Assembly: GCF_018350175.1 (NCBI RefSeq)
Contig: NC_058368.1
Coordinates: 42,658,001 to 42,722,000, forward strand
Direction of reading: 5' to 3'
Length of the DNA: 64,000 nt
DNA from: Felis catus
Taxonomy: Eukaryota
Both the position numbers and the translations under genes were made by a program. The notes beneath the pieces were generated by a model. That model ran no database searches. It had not been told where the DNA came from and worked only from the letters and a program-made list of their open reading frames with translations. Below, piece after piece: positions 13,140 to 25,473 of the stretch. How positions within the stretch are numbered: position 1 is the stretch's first letter; each line of letters opens with the position of its first letter.

Positions 13140-13290
13140 GGATTGATTTCCCAAGTATAGAATTGGGGAACTGTGGGTTCTGTGCAAATTACTCCAAGGC
13201 CCAAATCAGAAACTCAGAGAGGGACTGGTGTTCTTTACCAAATTTTCCAGGTGCTTTTTGGACATTCTAGGTTTTGTCAACCATACCTTA
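13140..13290. mobile_element. MER5-like hAT MITE remnant
   Basis: ccaaggcccaaatcagaaactc...ttttccaggtgctttt resembles the MER5 core. Confidence 0.4.
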
Positions 13291-13809
13291 CAGTTTTCCC
13301 TATTGATCAAAGAAAGATTTCTTAATTATGGTTGTGCACCATCTTAAGCATTTCGTTCTATAAAATTTAGTCACATTGACAACTGACTGAAAAATTGTAA
13401 TAGTCGGAAAAACAGCTGTAGCAGCTATGATAATCACATTCTTAAATATTTTCAGGGAAAAGACAATGCAATTCATATTCATAGAGAAAAGTCATGAAAA
13501 TGACTAAAATATGTCATTAGCAGCTACAAATTCACAAGCATTAATAGTTCTCCTTTAGTGAGTTTCCATTATGCATAGTGCACTATGCCAGCTATGTCTA
13601 TATTGCTATTTTAGTAAATATTAACCACAGCACTGTGTCTTGGGAATTAGCGTCTCCTTTTCAAGTAATACTAAGGGTTAGAGAAAAACATGGCAAGCCC
13701 TCTGCCATCACACTAATCAGTGCTTTCCTTGCAGAGAGTTTGCTTTCAAAATTAGAGAAATACTATAAAAGGAGGCAAAAGACAGAAGGCAAAAACAAAG
13801 CCTACTCAC

Positions 13810-13920
13810 CTTATGAAGGAAGCAACAATAACAGAGGGTCCTGAAGATCTGGGATTCAAGCATTCCAAAGACTGAAGTCTCCCTTTTCAAAGTCAAGATA
13901 TAGCTCTCCAGTGCCTGCAA
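13810..13920 (-). other. Candidate first exon (5' boundary uncertain)
   Basis: Consensus donor AAG|GTGAGT (GT at 13809-13808), no polypyrimidine acceptor upstream, promoter motifs directly upstream. ATG at 13863 gives MLESQIFRTLCYCCFLHK ending in phase 0. Confidence 0.45.
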
Positions 13921-13931
13921 TCCCACCCACC

Positions 13932-13997
13932 CACTTCCGCTTCCTTTCCCTTTCTCAGTTCCTGATTGGAGCCTAGTTGTAAGGAGTGCCCCGCCCC
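13932..13997 (-). promoter_or_regulatory. Candidate Pol II proximal promoter (GC box, CCAAT box, tandem ETS)
   Basis: Minus strand 5' to 3': GGGGCGGGGC (13997-13988), CCAATCAG (13969-13962), GGAAGCGGAAGTG (13944-13932), all within 66 bp in an otherwise CpG-poor region. Confidence 0.55.
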
Positions 13998-15799
13998 TAG
14001 ATTCCATTCACTTCACCTGGGATGGAGGCCCTGAGGTGGGATTTACCAAACACTATCCTGTGTGGGGAAACTTACAAGGAGCACCTGCCTGCTTGGCCTA
14101 ACTAATAGCTCACAGCTGAGCCACCGTCAGCTTGGTGTGGGCAAATTTCTTCAACATCCACTATTTCTTTATTTCATTTCTATCATTTTGCCTCAGGATT
14201 TTGCCTAATCTACTCCCTCTAGTGCCCAGCTTCTCTCATCTAAAATTTAGATTTTTTTTAAATTTACATATTATTGAGCATTTTAGAAATTTTCTTTCAT
14301 TTAAGGGTGATAGTGGCATTTTAAGCCTGAATTTTAGGCAAGATTCTACTGCCAAATAATTTTCAAAATGTAAGTGCTCTTATAAGCACTCTGATGCAGT
14401 TATATTAGGAAATCTGGTTAAGCAAAATACAATAAATATAAACATCTGGCATTGAGGAAGAAATTTCTTGTGCACACTTAGAATCTCTTAGTAAACTCAC
14501 TGTTGGATACCAATTTACCCAACCCCCAACCATGACACGTGTTTGTTCATTAGGTTAACAAGGAAAATTTGGTAATGTGCTGTATTTCCATTCAGACCTC
14601 TAAATGTTCTAGCTTTTCCTGACTTGAGTTTGACGCCCTGCAGAACTTTGCTTAGAAACATGTTTGGAATGTGTTATTTTTACTACTATCACATGACTAG
14701 CCCTTATATACAAATTCTACTCTATTCAGTCATAAAATCAAATAAGAGATCATTTTGACTCCAAATTAAACAAACTATTAATCTCTTCTTCTAGAGCTGT
14801 GGATCCTATTCCCTTACTTGTTGCTCAGGAGACTTGTATTAGGTAACAAGAACCTTCCAAGATCTTGGAATGTTAATGAAAGTCCAAACTCTTCAACATA
14901 AAGAGCTACTAGCACTTGCAACAAAAAAGATCTTCTTATTCTGTCTGCATTTTTTTCTTGATTACACTTTACAAAAGATAAGACACAGGAATAGCAAAAG
15001 TCAGGCAGAAAAAGTAGAAAAACAGAGTATCTAGCATACTTTAATGGAAAGAGCAGAACCTATGCCACTGTCTGAATAGGAGAGTTAGCCAAGAGACAGA
15101 GGCCTTCTCCTCTTACTGTTATGGATATCAGCCAAGTTCGGGCAGTATACCAGTCTAATTTTGACCAGAAGCCAAAGGGATGAAACTGGGGCCAAATAGG
15201 AAAGAATTCCTCACTACCCTAGAGATTCAAAGAGAGACACAAGACAATAACTTGAGCCAGAAGTTGGAGACAGGAAAGACTAACTAGATCAGCTACAACC
15301 TTCGAGGTTGAGAGGTCTGCACACTAAAGGAGAATAATAACACGTGTGCCATGAAAGGCTATATTTTGAAAACTCCACTATCTAATGTTGTGAAGAGAAA
15401 TACACCAACTATAAAACTACTTGTAGTAAAGAAAAGATTAAATAGCAGTGCTTTTTATTTTAATTTATTTCACTGAGAAATTACAGGTGATTTGGTAAGA
15501 GATTCCTGCCTTCACAAAATATAAATACAACCACTTCATAAGTACTCTTGGTTAGGATTCAAGGCCAATATCTATAGGTGTGCTCTCAGTATCATCTCCT
15601 CTAACTTTTTCAGAGAACTTGTGAAGTTATTTTTTACTCCTTTCCTGTTAATTTGCAATCTCTATTTCTTTAACATCTAAACATATTTAAGTAAACATAT
15701 ACTATACATTTAAAACAGTCCTGAATTTTATATTCTTTCTTTAACTAACACATTCTATCTCTTCCTCCCTTTATAGCCAAGCTTTGTGAAAATTATACT

Positions 15800-15915
15800 T
15801 TTTTAATTGAAGTATAGTTGACACGCAATGTCACATTAGTTTCAGGTATACAACATGGTGATTTGACAATTCTATACATTATGCTACTCTCAGCAAGTGT
15901 AGCTGCCATCTGTAA
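15800..15915 (-). mobile_element. L1 extreme 3' end (carnivore L1)
   Basis: ttttaattgaagtatagttgacacgcaatgtcacattagtttcaggtatacaacat. Confidence 0.8.
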
Positions 15916-15989
15916 GTGCCATCTGAAAATTATTTTTTGTTTTGATTTTATGGTACTTTAATGCAGTTCACACTTCAGACCATTGTGAG

Positions 15990-16203
15990 CTTTTTAAAAA
16001 TATATATTTATTTATTTATGTTGAGAGAGAGAGCAGGACAGGGGCAGAGAGAGAGGGGGAGAGAGAGAATCCCAAGCAGGTTTCGCATTGTCAGTGCAGA
16101 GCCCAATGTGAGGCTTGATCCCATGAACCTTGAGATCATGACCTGAGTTGAAATGAAGAGTCAAGAGATGGATGCTTAACCGACTGAGCCACCAAGAAGC
16201 CCC
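15990..16203 (-). mobile_element. CanSINE
   Basis: Antisense body with (GA)n; TSD accattgt. Confidence 0.93.
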
Positions 16204-16607
16204 AAACCATTGTAGTCTTGACCTAGCTCCTAATACTTTAGAAATATTGCCCTTTAAAGGCCATCAAGGAGTTTTTTGTGATTAAATCCAATGAGTGTTC
16301 CTAGTTCTCATTTTTATTTGATCAGCTAAAAGCATTTGACTTCTCCTTACTTCTGTCAACATCCATACATGTCACTCTCAGGAAAGTTCACCTGGCTTTT
16401 ATCCTCTTTCAAAGGATTTTACAGTTAGTTTGTATACGCTTTACCACTGACCAGCAGTGAAAGCAGAGAGTGCAATCTGAGAGAGAGCAAGAAAGAATGG
16501 AATTTCAGGACTCTGGCTTTGGATGGGATATTTTCTTTCTTTGATTCTTGGGTTCAGATTTTAGATCAAAGACCAAAAAACACTCAATGGATAAGATAGT
16601 GTTGTTT

Positions 16608-16730
16608 CTGGGTGTGGCATGTAAATGATGAATCATTGAATCCTACTCCTGAAACCAATATTGCACTGTATGTTAACTAACTAGAATATAAATAAAAATT
16701 TGAAAAGAAAATAAATAAATAGATAGATAG
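16608..16730 (+). mobile_element. 5'-truncated carnivore/felid L1 3' end
   Basis: gatgaatcattgaatcctactcctgaaaccaatattgcactgtatgttaactaactagaatataaataaaa followed by an A-rich/(ATAG)n tail. Confidence 0.85.
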
Positions 16731-19199
16731 ATAAGTTAATGGTGTGTCTCATTATTACCTAAGAAGTAGTTTGACAACTCCAAAAGGAAGCAACTCCTAA
16801 GAGGTTTGTTCATTTTATTTATATAGAAGAGTGACCTACAGTTGTAGAACAAATTTTCCTTGTTACCCATTTTGCAAGAACAATGACAATTTCTACTTGT
16901 TTTCCCAGTATTTAACATTGATTAAAACTGTTAATTTAAGAATGGATGGCTACACTCTCAAGTGTGTATGTCACTAAAAGTGTACTGATAATGAAGAATT
17001 AAAGATATGTGTTTAACAATTTTAAAGTAAGGTTTAAAAAGAGAAAATAATTCAGATAATACCGGGGATATTGGAAATATTCATTATTTATGGAATAGTC
17101 TATGCAAAAATGAAAGATGATTTGAAACTAGAGAATGAGGACCCATAGAAAGTATTAAAATTTTGAATGTCACATTTTGGGTGTTTTATTTTCTTATTTT
17201 AGAATCTGGTAAAAACCTAAGAAATGTATACTTTTGAAAGGATAGGTTTGAAAAGAATATTCTAAAATGGTATTTATCTTCATCTCCACTTTTTATTACT
17301 TCTTCCTTTTGAATATATCTAAACATCCACAAGCCAAAAAAACTCTAAAATGGGCATGGATAATTACGTTGGTTTCACACATTTGGTAGAAAAGAGAGAA
17401 TAGAGGACTTCTCTCATATGAGATGCAAATCAGAAAATATATGTGATTTAATGGCAGATTAGCATCATTTATTTTTATATTCACTGCATTTTGTTATTTT
17501 TTAATAGAATTCCATTTGCCAGGATTTGGTTCCAAAATGTAAGTTATTTAACAGATATCATTAGGTTGCTAAGCATTAACACTTAATTATCATATTAATA
17601 AACAGTTATTACTCTCTTCTACACTGAGTCTTGCCTCTGCCGCATTAGTATGCATGCACTGCTCTTAGGCAACTTAATTGTCCTTAAAGGAAATCATTAC
17701 AATTTAAATGAAATTGGGAGCTACTGGTTAGGGAAGGCTGTAGGGCATGCAAAATACATACTAAACAAGGAACTGTAATTTCCCCAAATCACATTTTTTT
17801 TTCAGTAATTTCACATCACAGCACTATATCTATTTGGTTAAGGGGAAAACAGTTTATTTTTTGCCTTGCAATTTTACAAGGGCACCATTTAACCAAGGAC
17901 ATGCAAGACTCTGGAATGGTAGCAAAAGAACTTGAGTAAATCAAATAATTTCTTTGCGGCTGGTAAACTGTCGTCAGCATTTGCAACACAGTCAATGAAG
18001 CAATAAAGTATAGCATGGTGGGCAGGCATCAACCACCTCGTCTGCCTCTAGGATGGAGGGCAGCGGGAGGCCAAAGACTTTATGGAGACAGCTGTTGCCT
18101 CTCCCCATATGTGATTTTGTTTGTTCACTTCACAGCAACACACTTTGCATGCTGTCACAAAAATGGGGGAGAGGGTCATTCTCTTGTGTCACGTTACCCC
18201 TTTCTCACAGTTAGGAGCTCATTTTTCCGCATCCTCAATCCTAAAATGACTTAGTGATAGAAGTTAAACACCGTCTGCTTTTGCAATGCAAAGAATTTGA
18301 ATATGCCTGAACTCTTATTTTTGATAGATAATTAATCAGTGTTTTACACCACCTTAAATAGCTCTTCATTTTTAGTGAGTGACTCATGATGAAAACAAGG
18401 ATTTAATTCACGTGGGTATTTAGCATTTTCAGATTAATTAGCAACTGAAAATTAACCTTATTAGTGTCCAACTTTATAGGACTATACAAGAGGGATAGTA
18501 AAATGAATAAATACCCTACCTTTCCTGAAATATATACATAATAAAATAGGAATTTAAGGTATTGAAATTAAGCCATAGGACTGCCAGATATTAAGGAATC
18601 TGGAACTAGGCATCTACTGAGCTCACTGAAAATCATGTATTTTACACATCAGTTAGAAATCTCCATTTTGCATATTAGAAAACTGATGTGGGAAAGATTC
18701 CCTGACTTCACCTAGGTCTCACAGTTATAAAAGCCTGTATGAAGTTTTAGATCCCAGGTCTGTCTTCCTCTGCTGCACATATTCATACTTGAGAGCCTCA
18801 CTATGAACCCTAAAAGCACCTGTATAATGGCACAGACTATCCTAGGACTGCTAGAATGTTCTATCAATTCAGGAAAAGCAAACTGATCAATTACTGGAAA
18901 AGATTTACAGAAATTCTTAAACATTATGAGTTACTGTATTTTTCTGTTTTTCCATTAGTAGAAATGTTTTCTAAGTGGAGTCCACATTATGGCCCTTCTT
19001 CATAGAATTTTGTCTTCCTTTTTCAAGGGGGAAAAGTAATCAAATTAGCAGGCAGATGTGCAGTGGAGTGAACATTGACAAATGTGATACATAATGTAAA
19101 GTTGAGCCACATTTTTAAAGTATTTCTGTGTTTCTTGGAGTTCTTGTGATGGTTCACTGAATTTTCATATTGATGATGCAAATATTTCCTTAACTTTAT

Positions 19200-19610
19200 G
19201 CCCTCCAGGAATGTGAACTTAGGTACAATGTTTACCTTCTCTGAGCTTCAGATTTCTTGATTGTATAATAAGAGTAATGATCTATATCATTCTGTAAGTT
19301 TTAAAGGGGACAAAATTCATGACTTTTTATACTGTAAAGCAATGGACAAACAGCAATTTGATTTTACCGAGTTGTCACAGTATAGTAAAAGCAAACATGG
19401 GATTCAGACTCAGAACTAGGTTGGAATCACAAACTCTAATTATCTGATAATGGGGCATTATTTCATGTCTCTTACTTTCAGTTATGGCATCTCTAAAGTG
19501 GAGATTTTATATGATACTTACAGTAAAGATTAAAGAAAATTCTTGCAAATGTCTGGTATACAGAATACCTGAAGAAAATGATACTAATTACTAACATTAA
19601 TGAGCGTGAA
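19200..19610 (+). mobile_element. Two adjacent MIR fragments
   Basis: tgtgaacttaggtacaatgtttaccttctctgagcttcagatttc, and a second core ggggcattatttcatgtctcttactttcagtt...tctctaaagtggagat. Confidence 0.6.
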
Positions 19611-19669
19611 TAATCTAAAAAACAAAATATAATTTCAAGAGCAGTGTTCAGAATTTATGCTTTATAATT

Positions 19670-20044
19670 TATGTCATTGGGACCAATTCACTAGTTTCCC
19701 ATAGTGCCTTCTCTGTGGTTTAGCCAATCCAGGATGTTGTCTTATCACTAAATCTCTACCATTGCTCACTGCCCCATCTCTCTGTCCTGGGTTCAGGACG
19801 AGGCGGTCTCCATTATTCCACTGCAGTAAGAGTTGCAGTAGCTCCAAAGTCCAAGTCCACCCGCATATGATACCTTGTGAGACTAGACCAGGTTCATGAC
19901 AAACATTGCGTTTGCTTTCTCTCCAACCTTGTTCCACATTCATTTTCACCTCACTCTCACCAGCTGGGGTTTCACCCACCAACAATGCATTGATATGCAA
20001 GCCTCAGTTAAAGCTACAATTTCAGAGGAACTTGGGCTGAAACA
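19670..20044 (+). mobile_element. ERV-L 5' LTR (LTR16-like)
   Basis: Ends atttcagaggaacttgggctgaaaca, resembling an LTR16 U5 end, and is followed by gag-like sequence. Confidence 0.5.
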
Positions 20045-23000
20045 ATTGACTGTCTCTGGCCCCAAAAAAGTCAATCTGCAGGATGGTTCTTGAGGCTGTA
20101 GACTTAACACTATTTGAATAAAATAGGACCGTGCTTCTTGTGATAAGTGGGTTATTGATAACGCTTTGCACTCAATGACATCAGTCACATTTCACATAAG
20201 GTGCAAGTGTATGGCAAGTGCAGTTGATCAGTACAAGGCCAATGCTGAACATTTAATCATGTAATATGACCTTTTTAATGCCTTGCAGACTTTGTTAAAA
20301 GTAAATTGTCAACTTAAGGTAGCCTGTCAAAGCCAAAGAGCTTCTGTGGTAGATTTGAAAAAGACTTTTATCCTCTGCAGTCACTAGGCAGATTCTATTG
20401 AAAATCAGACCAAAGATCTGATTATAGGATTGGTAGAATTGCCAGAAAGTTTTTGGAGCTCTATTTGTTTTTTGGTTTTGTTTTTATAGCCTCAACAGGT
20501 GTCGTATAGCCAAGTGAGAGTCATGACAGTGAAATAATGACAGTGAAATAATAAACCCATATGAACCAGAGACCTGTTAGGGGCATTTTTAGGGGTTTAG
20601 AGATCTGGGGCATTCAGGATATCCTGCATTAAATTAAAGAAAAGTTGTTGCTGCTCACAGAACTATATGTCACTAACAAAGAGCCATCGTACTTGATAAA
20701 TCTCTTTGCATTATTGATACAACACACACAGCATTTGAGAATATAGCTCCAAACCATTGATCAGAAGTTTCTGAATGCTGTCAGTATTGAATGAAGTTCA
20801 AAGATCCGGTCTTCAGTGCAGACTGCCCTGCTGTTGTAGCCATTTCATCCATTGACCGATGTATGCTAGAGGAATCTGTGATATGAATGCTGTGTTGGAT
20901 CTCTGGATATGGAATAATCACAAAGGGTCCTGGAGCAAAGCCACACACGCCATGACAGAATTATCCTCTGTTTGAAAAGTATAGTTTGTCTGCACATGCC
21001 AAAAACTGCTTTTATCTAAGCAATTGCTTTTGTCTGCAGACGTGACCAAAGAACACCAAGAGATTATATAACCAGAACTTTCCACCATGAAGTAACTTAT
21101 TTTGAATTCAGCTAGTCCTAAGGTTAGGCAGGTGCTATAGCAATCAAATATTTAATAGAAGTGACACATTTAAGAGTAGGCTGAAGCAGATTTCAGAAAG
21201 CACAAGTAAATTAAATGAACAGATGGCCCAGACTCCCTTGTCACTTACTTTTGTTTATCTGATGTTTATCCTTCTACTCACAACTATGTCCTTATGGAGG
21301 GTAACTTTTGACCAATTGATGAAGGAAGAAAAGATTTAGGCCTGGCTCACTGAAACACCACCACACTGTGTTGGAATTATCAGGAGAAAAGCTGCTGCCA
21401 TGTTATACCCCCATTTATAGGTGGCCCTGAAAGATACTAGTAAAATTAATCATGCCAGGGGACAAAGTTGTGAGCAAAGTACTCAGTCATCCATTTCATA
21501 TGGAAGTGTCATCTAATATATGGCTATACATAAAATGCTGTGTAGTGGATAATGACTGGAAGGGAATAAGAATGGAAGACTCAGGAGAAGGATGTCTAGA
21601 GAAGAGTTATATGGGATGGACTTATGGGAGAGAGCATAAAGCATGAGGATTTTTGTCTGATACATGCCTACCAGTGTGTTTTTACTGAAGAACAGGCTTT
21701 CAAAAACTAGGTAACATATGACCTATACTGTGCATGTTAGCTTTCCTCAGCCACCCCAACACCCACAAAATGGCCCTATGAATAGAGTAGCTATGGTGGT
21801 GGCACGGCTGGAAGCTATGTATTTGTCAAAAATTGTAGGTTGCCTGTTACTGAGGTTAAATTAGCTACGGCAGAATATCCAACCCCTAAAGTAAAGAACA
21901 GTGCTAGCTTTTCAATATGGCATTGTTATCAGGGAAATCAGCTAGTTTGGGTAGATTATATTGTGTACCTTCTATGTTGGAGGGAACAGAGATTCCGTCC
22001 ACTGAAATTGATACACATTGTGGATAGAGGTTTGCCTTCCCTACTACTGCCAACTTCACCATTTGATGGCCATGACCTTTAGAATCCCTGATCCAATAAC
22101 ATAATATTCTACCCAGCAATGTCTCTAAGGGGGCGTATATAATGGGAATGACTTATGACAATGGGTGTATTACCATGAGATTTTTTTATCTTGCAATGTT
22201 TTCTGTTATTCAAAATGATTGTTCCCATAGAATGATGAAATGGCCTATTGAAGTCTCAACTCAGTTATCAACTTGGTGTTACCACCTTGAAGAGTTTGGG
22301 GCACTATTCTGGCCAGCTGTTGCTATAACTGCCCTTAAACTAAGTGTTTTAAATAAATTATTCCTCTTCTATTGGTTGACTAAGCTCACCTGGAATGTCC
22401 TCATTGGAGGTTTGTAGAGAGCTTAAGTCACATATTGGGGCTGACTTGTAGTTGGGGTATAGAAGGCTTGATGGGACTGATAGCTCACTCACATGACTAA
22501 CTGCTGATGTCAGGAGCTCAGCTGAGGTTCATAGCTTGGGCTTGGTGTCTAGGTTTGAGAAGGGAGCATTCTCACACCAGGTGTTCTAAAAGACACATGT
22601 GGGAACTTCAACACTCCATAAAATTGAAGGAGGTGGGCACCCCACCTTCTGAGGTGGGACTGGCAAGGTTACATTTTAGAAGAACATTGGTGAAGGGAAG
22701 ATAGTATTGTGGCCATTTTGGAAAATATGAATTTGAATGCACTGTCCTCTTGGAGATGGTACATGAGCTGATATGTGGAGCTGTATCCTTGAAAGTTTTG
22801 GGCAACAAGAATAAGAAATAGAATTGATTCCCTTGTCATAGCTTCCAGTAATCAACTTATAGAATTTGTACAGGCTTTCTCTAAAATACATATATAGTTG
22901 CTGAAACAGAGGTTCTGTTTAGTATGGGAGTGATTTCCACCAGAGGAAACTATAAGAGGGTTTCTTATTCCAAGGGATTAACAGGCAAAGAAAGAATTAC

Positions 23001-23465
23001 TCGATTGCCTAGTATTGTTAACCCTGAGTACCAAGAGAAGCTGGAGGTACTTCTGCACAATAGGTGCAGGAAGGAAGATGTATGGAATGGATGAATTTCA
23101 AAGTGACATTACTTGTTGTGTATATGCAGCAAATTCAGCCAGACACAAGCAAGAAAGCCACACTCAGAACCTTCACATATGAACATCTCAGTCACTTCAT
23201 TACTTCACTAGGCAAGGTGAAATACTGGTCAAAACAGAATGGGGTGATGAATCTAGAATTTGGAAGAGGAATATCAATGAAAGCTTGGGAGCAGCTGCAG
23301 CAATAGCAACTATAGCATAGTTTGCTAACCCTCTGACATACTTTTTAGAATCAACCAGCTGAGTGACTGGATTTGTATCTCCATTCTTGGTGAAGTAGCA
23401 TGGCAATCTTACTTTCATATTGTTAATGGAGAATGTGAGCAAATCTGAGTGGTACAAGGGATGAA
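20045..23465 (+). pseudogene. Decayed ERV-L internal region: gag N-terminus, RT C-terminus/RNase H, integrase, dUTPase
   Basis: Manual translation: gag LKKTFILCSH*ADSIENQTKDLIIGLVEL from 20355; ORF 21840-22082 (LATAEYP...VWVDYIVYLLCWREQRF) resembles ERV-L integrase LATATAECP...WQVDYIGPLPSWKGQRF; TRLPSIVNPEYQEKLEVLLHNRCRKEDVWN (22999-23088) resembles ERV-L dUTPase. Many stops and frameshifts. Confidence 0.88.
22310..22741 (-). mobile_element. MaLR solo LTR (MLT1G/H-like) nested in the ERV-L pol
   Basis: gctgttgctataactgcccttaaactaagtgttttaaa ... gaagatagtattgtggccattttggaaaatatgaatttg; ERV-L sequence resumes afterwards. Confidence 0.7.
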
Positions 23466-24085
23466 ACCTAATTTATGTGAACTCCCAACAAATTTGCTAA
23501 GTCCCATTTGCCTCTCGAACTGAGATCTTACAAAATGGAGATACTTAGCTGCCACTATTGTCCCCCTAATCTCCTAACACCACTAGCTGTCTCAGGGGTC
23601 CTAGAAGTGATAGCCTGGCCTCCACTGCACCTGCTGTGGAGACAGCAAATCATCTGCAGCAGTCGAGTCTTGCCCTATTGAATGCCTAGATATTCTCATA
23701 GCTCACTATTTCCAGGGTCAAATAAAGAACCTCCTTGCTGGGTAGCAGGGCTGGTGGTGGGCTCTGACTTCCCTAGTAACTACTGTCCAGTGGCATCAAT
23801 AACAACCTAGGATTGTAGGAAAGTTCATACTTCATGAGGTGAACTTCAAGCCCTAAAAGATAGTATGTGAGGAGGAGATAGCAGATAAATACTTGCTCTT
23901 ACTTCTCCTAATATTGCACATCATGTGACATTTTCATATGCCTGTGGGCATATGGGTAGTTTCATACCCTCTTCAGAATGTCTTACATAAACAAGCAACT
24001 GAATGTTTTATTAATTGAAAATCAATAGCCAGCTTGGAAATCGATTTTTCCCCCACCTTCCTATTCTTGATCTTCCTGCTCCCAA
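23466..24085 (+). mobile_element. ERV-L 3' LTR (LTR16-like), truncated
   Basis: Follows PPT-like gagtggtacaagggatg; contains ggaagttcatacttcatgaggtgaacttcaagcc as in the LTR16 group. Confidence 0.5.
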
Positions 24086-24454
24086 ATTCTGTTGATCAAA
24101 GCAAATCTCAGAGCCAGCCTATATTCAAAGTGAGTGGAAGTGGACTCCATAACATGACAAAAGGAGTTTCACGAATATACAGAGATGGGAGGAATTCTTG
24201 TTAGGCAGCTTTCTAGACGATTTGTCGCAATACTCATGTATTTCAAACTTTCCAATTATTTTCCTTTTAGTTCTAACATCGGGAAATGTTTTAAAATTTT
24301 AATTCCTGAAATTTATTTTAAAATTTCCATTGGACCCTTAGTATTTGCATTAAATTTTAATTTCTAATAATTTATTTTTAGAGAGTTCCTTTTTGGAGTA
24401 TGCTGTTCTTTTTTCTTTAACTTGATATTTACTTTTTTCTCTTACAGATGATAC

Positions 24455-25473
24455 AGTAGACATTCTCCAAAATGGACTCTGATGATCCTTGTCTTCTGGT
24501 ATCCATACCCTTATGTAGACCTCTCTACAATGAATAATGATTAGCCAGTATGACAAATACAATACTGTGAGGAAGTGACTTTATGACTTTTGAGGCTATG
24601 CCTTAAAAGACCTTGTAATTTCTGTGTTGGCTTCTCTTGGACTACTTGCTCTGGGGGACACCAGCCACCAGTGTCATAAGGACATTCAAGGAGCCCTAGG
24701 GAGAGAAACTACAGGGGGGGAAACTGAGGCTTCTTGTCAAAAGTTAACACCAACCTGCCAACCAAGTGAAGCAGTCTTGTAGCCTCATTCAAGCTTTTAG
24801 AAGATTGAAGTTTCAGACATCTTAACTGTTACACCATGAGAAATCCTGCACCAGAACCACATTGCTAAACTGTTCCCAAACTCCTAACCCAAAGAAACTG
24901 TGGAAGATAGCCAATGTTTATTTTTTTCCAGATTCTCTGTTATACCGAAGAATTCCCTCTTACTACTCTCAGCACTGCACTCTTTGAGTTTTTGAGTGTT
25001 ATTTCATTAGAATTTATGGAGAAAAGGAGGAGACAGGTGTGCGACCTCTTTGCCATTTTGAACTAGAAATCAGCTGGAAGCTTCATTCATTTTTTAATTG
25101 AGATATAAGTGACACACGCTATTATATTAGTTTCAGGTGTACAACATGATGATTCAAATTATATATATTGGGAAATGATCATCACAATAAGTTTAGTTAA
25201 CATTATCACCATATGTAATTATGGAATTTTTTTTCTTGTAAAAACTTTAAAGACTTACTCTCTTACTTTCAAACATGCAATACAGTATTATTAATTATAG
25301 CTGCCATGATGTACATTATATCCCAATGATCTGCTTATTTTTATAGCTAGAAGTTTGTACCTCTTGACTCCCATCACCCATTTATCATTGTTGTTATTAG
25401 TGTGGTGGCTTATTGTTGTTTTAAGCCACTAAACTTTAAGATAATCTACCAATCATCACTAGATAACTAATAT
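24455..25473 (+). mobile_element. MLT1F-like LTR split by later LINE insertions
   Basis: Body ctccaaaatggactctgatgatccttgtcttctgg...cccaaagaaactgtggaagat runs to about 24925; its terminus ttttaagccactaaac...gataactaatat resumes at about 25410-25473. Confidence 0.75.
25090..25385 (-). mobile_element. L1 3' end (L1MA9/carnivore-like)
   Basis: ttttaattgagatataagtgacacacgctattatattagtttcaggtgtacaacatgatgattc. Confidence 0.85.

Noticed and set aside
18040..18070. CTCF-like gagggcagc motif
   Set aside because: The 5' half of the CTCF core (CCAC/GYAG) is missing.
21070..21190. Cluster of Trp-to-stop changes in ERV-L pol, suggesting APOBEC3 hypermutation
   Set aside because: The element is very old, and neutral decay cannot be excluded without a consensus alignment and a context test.
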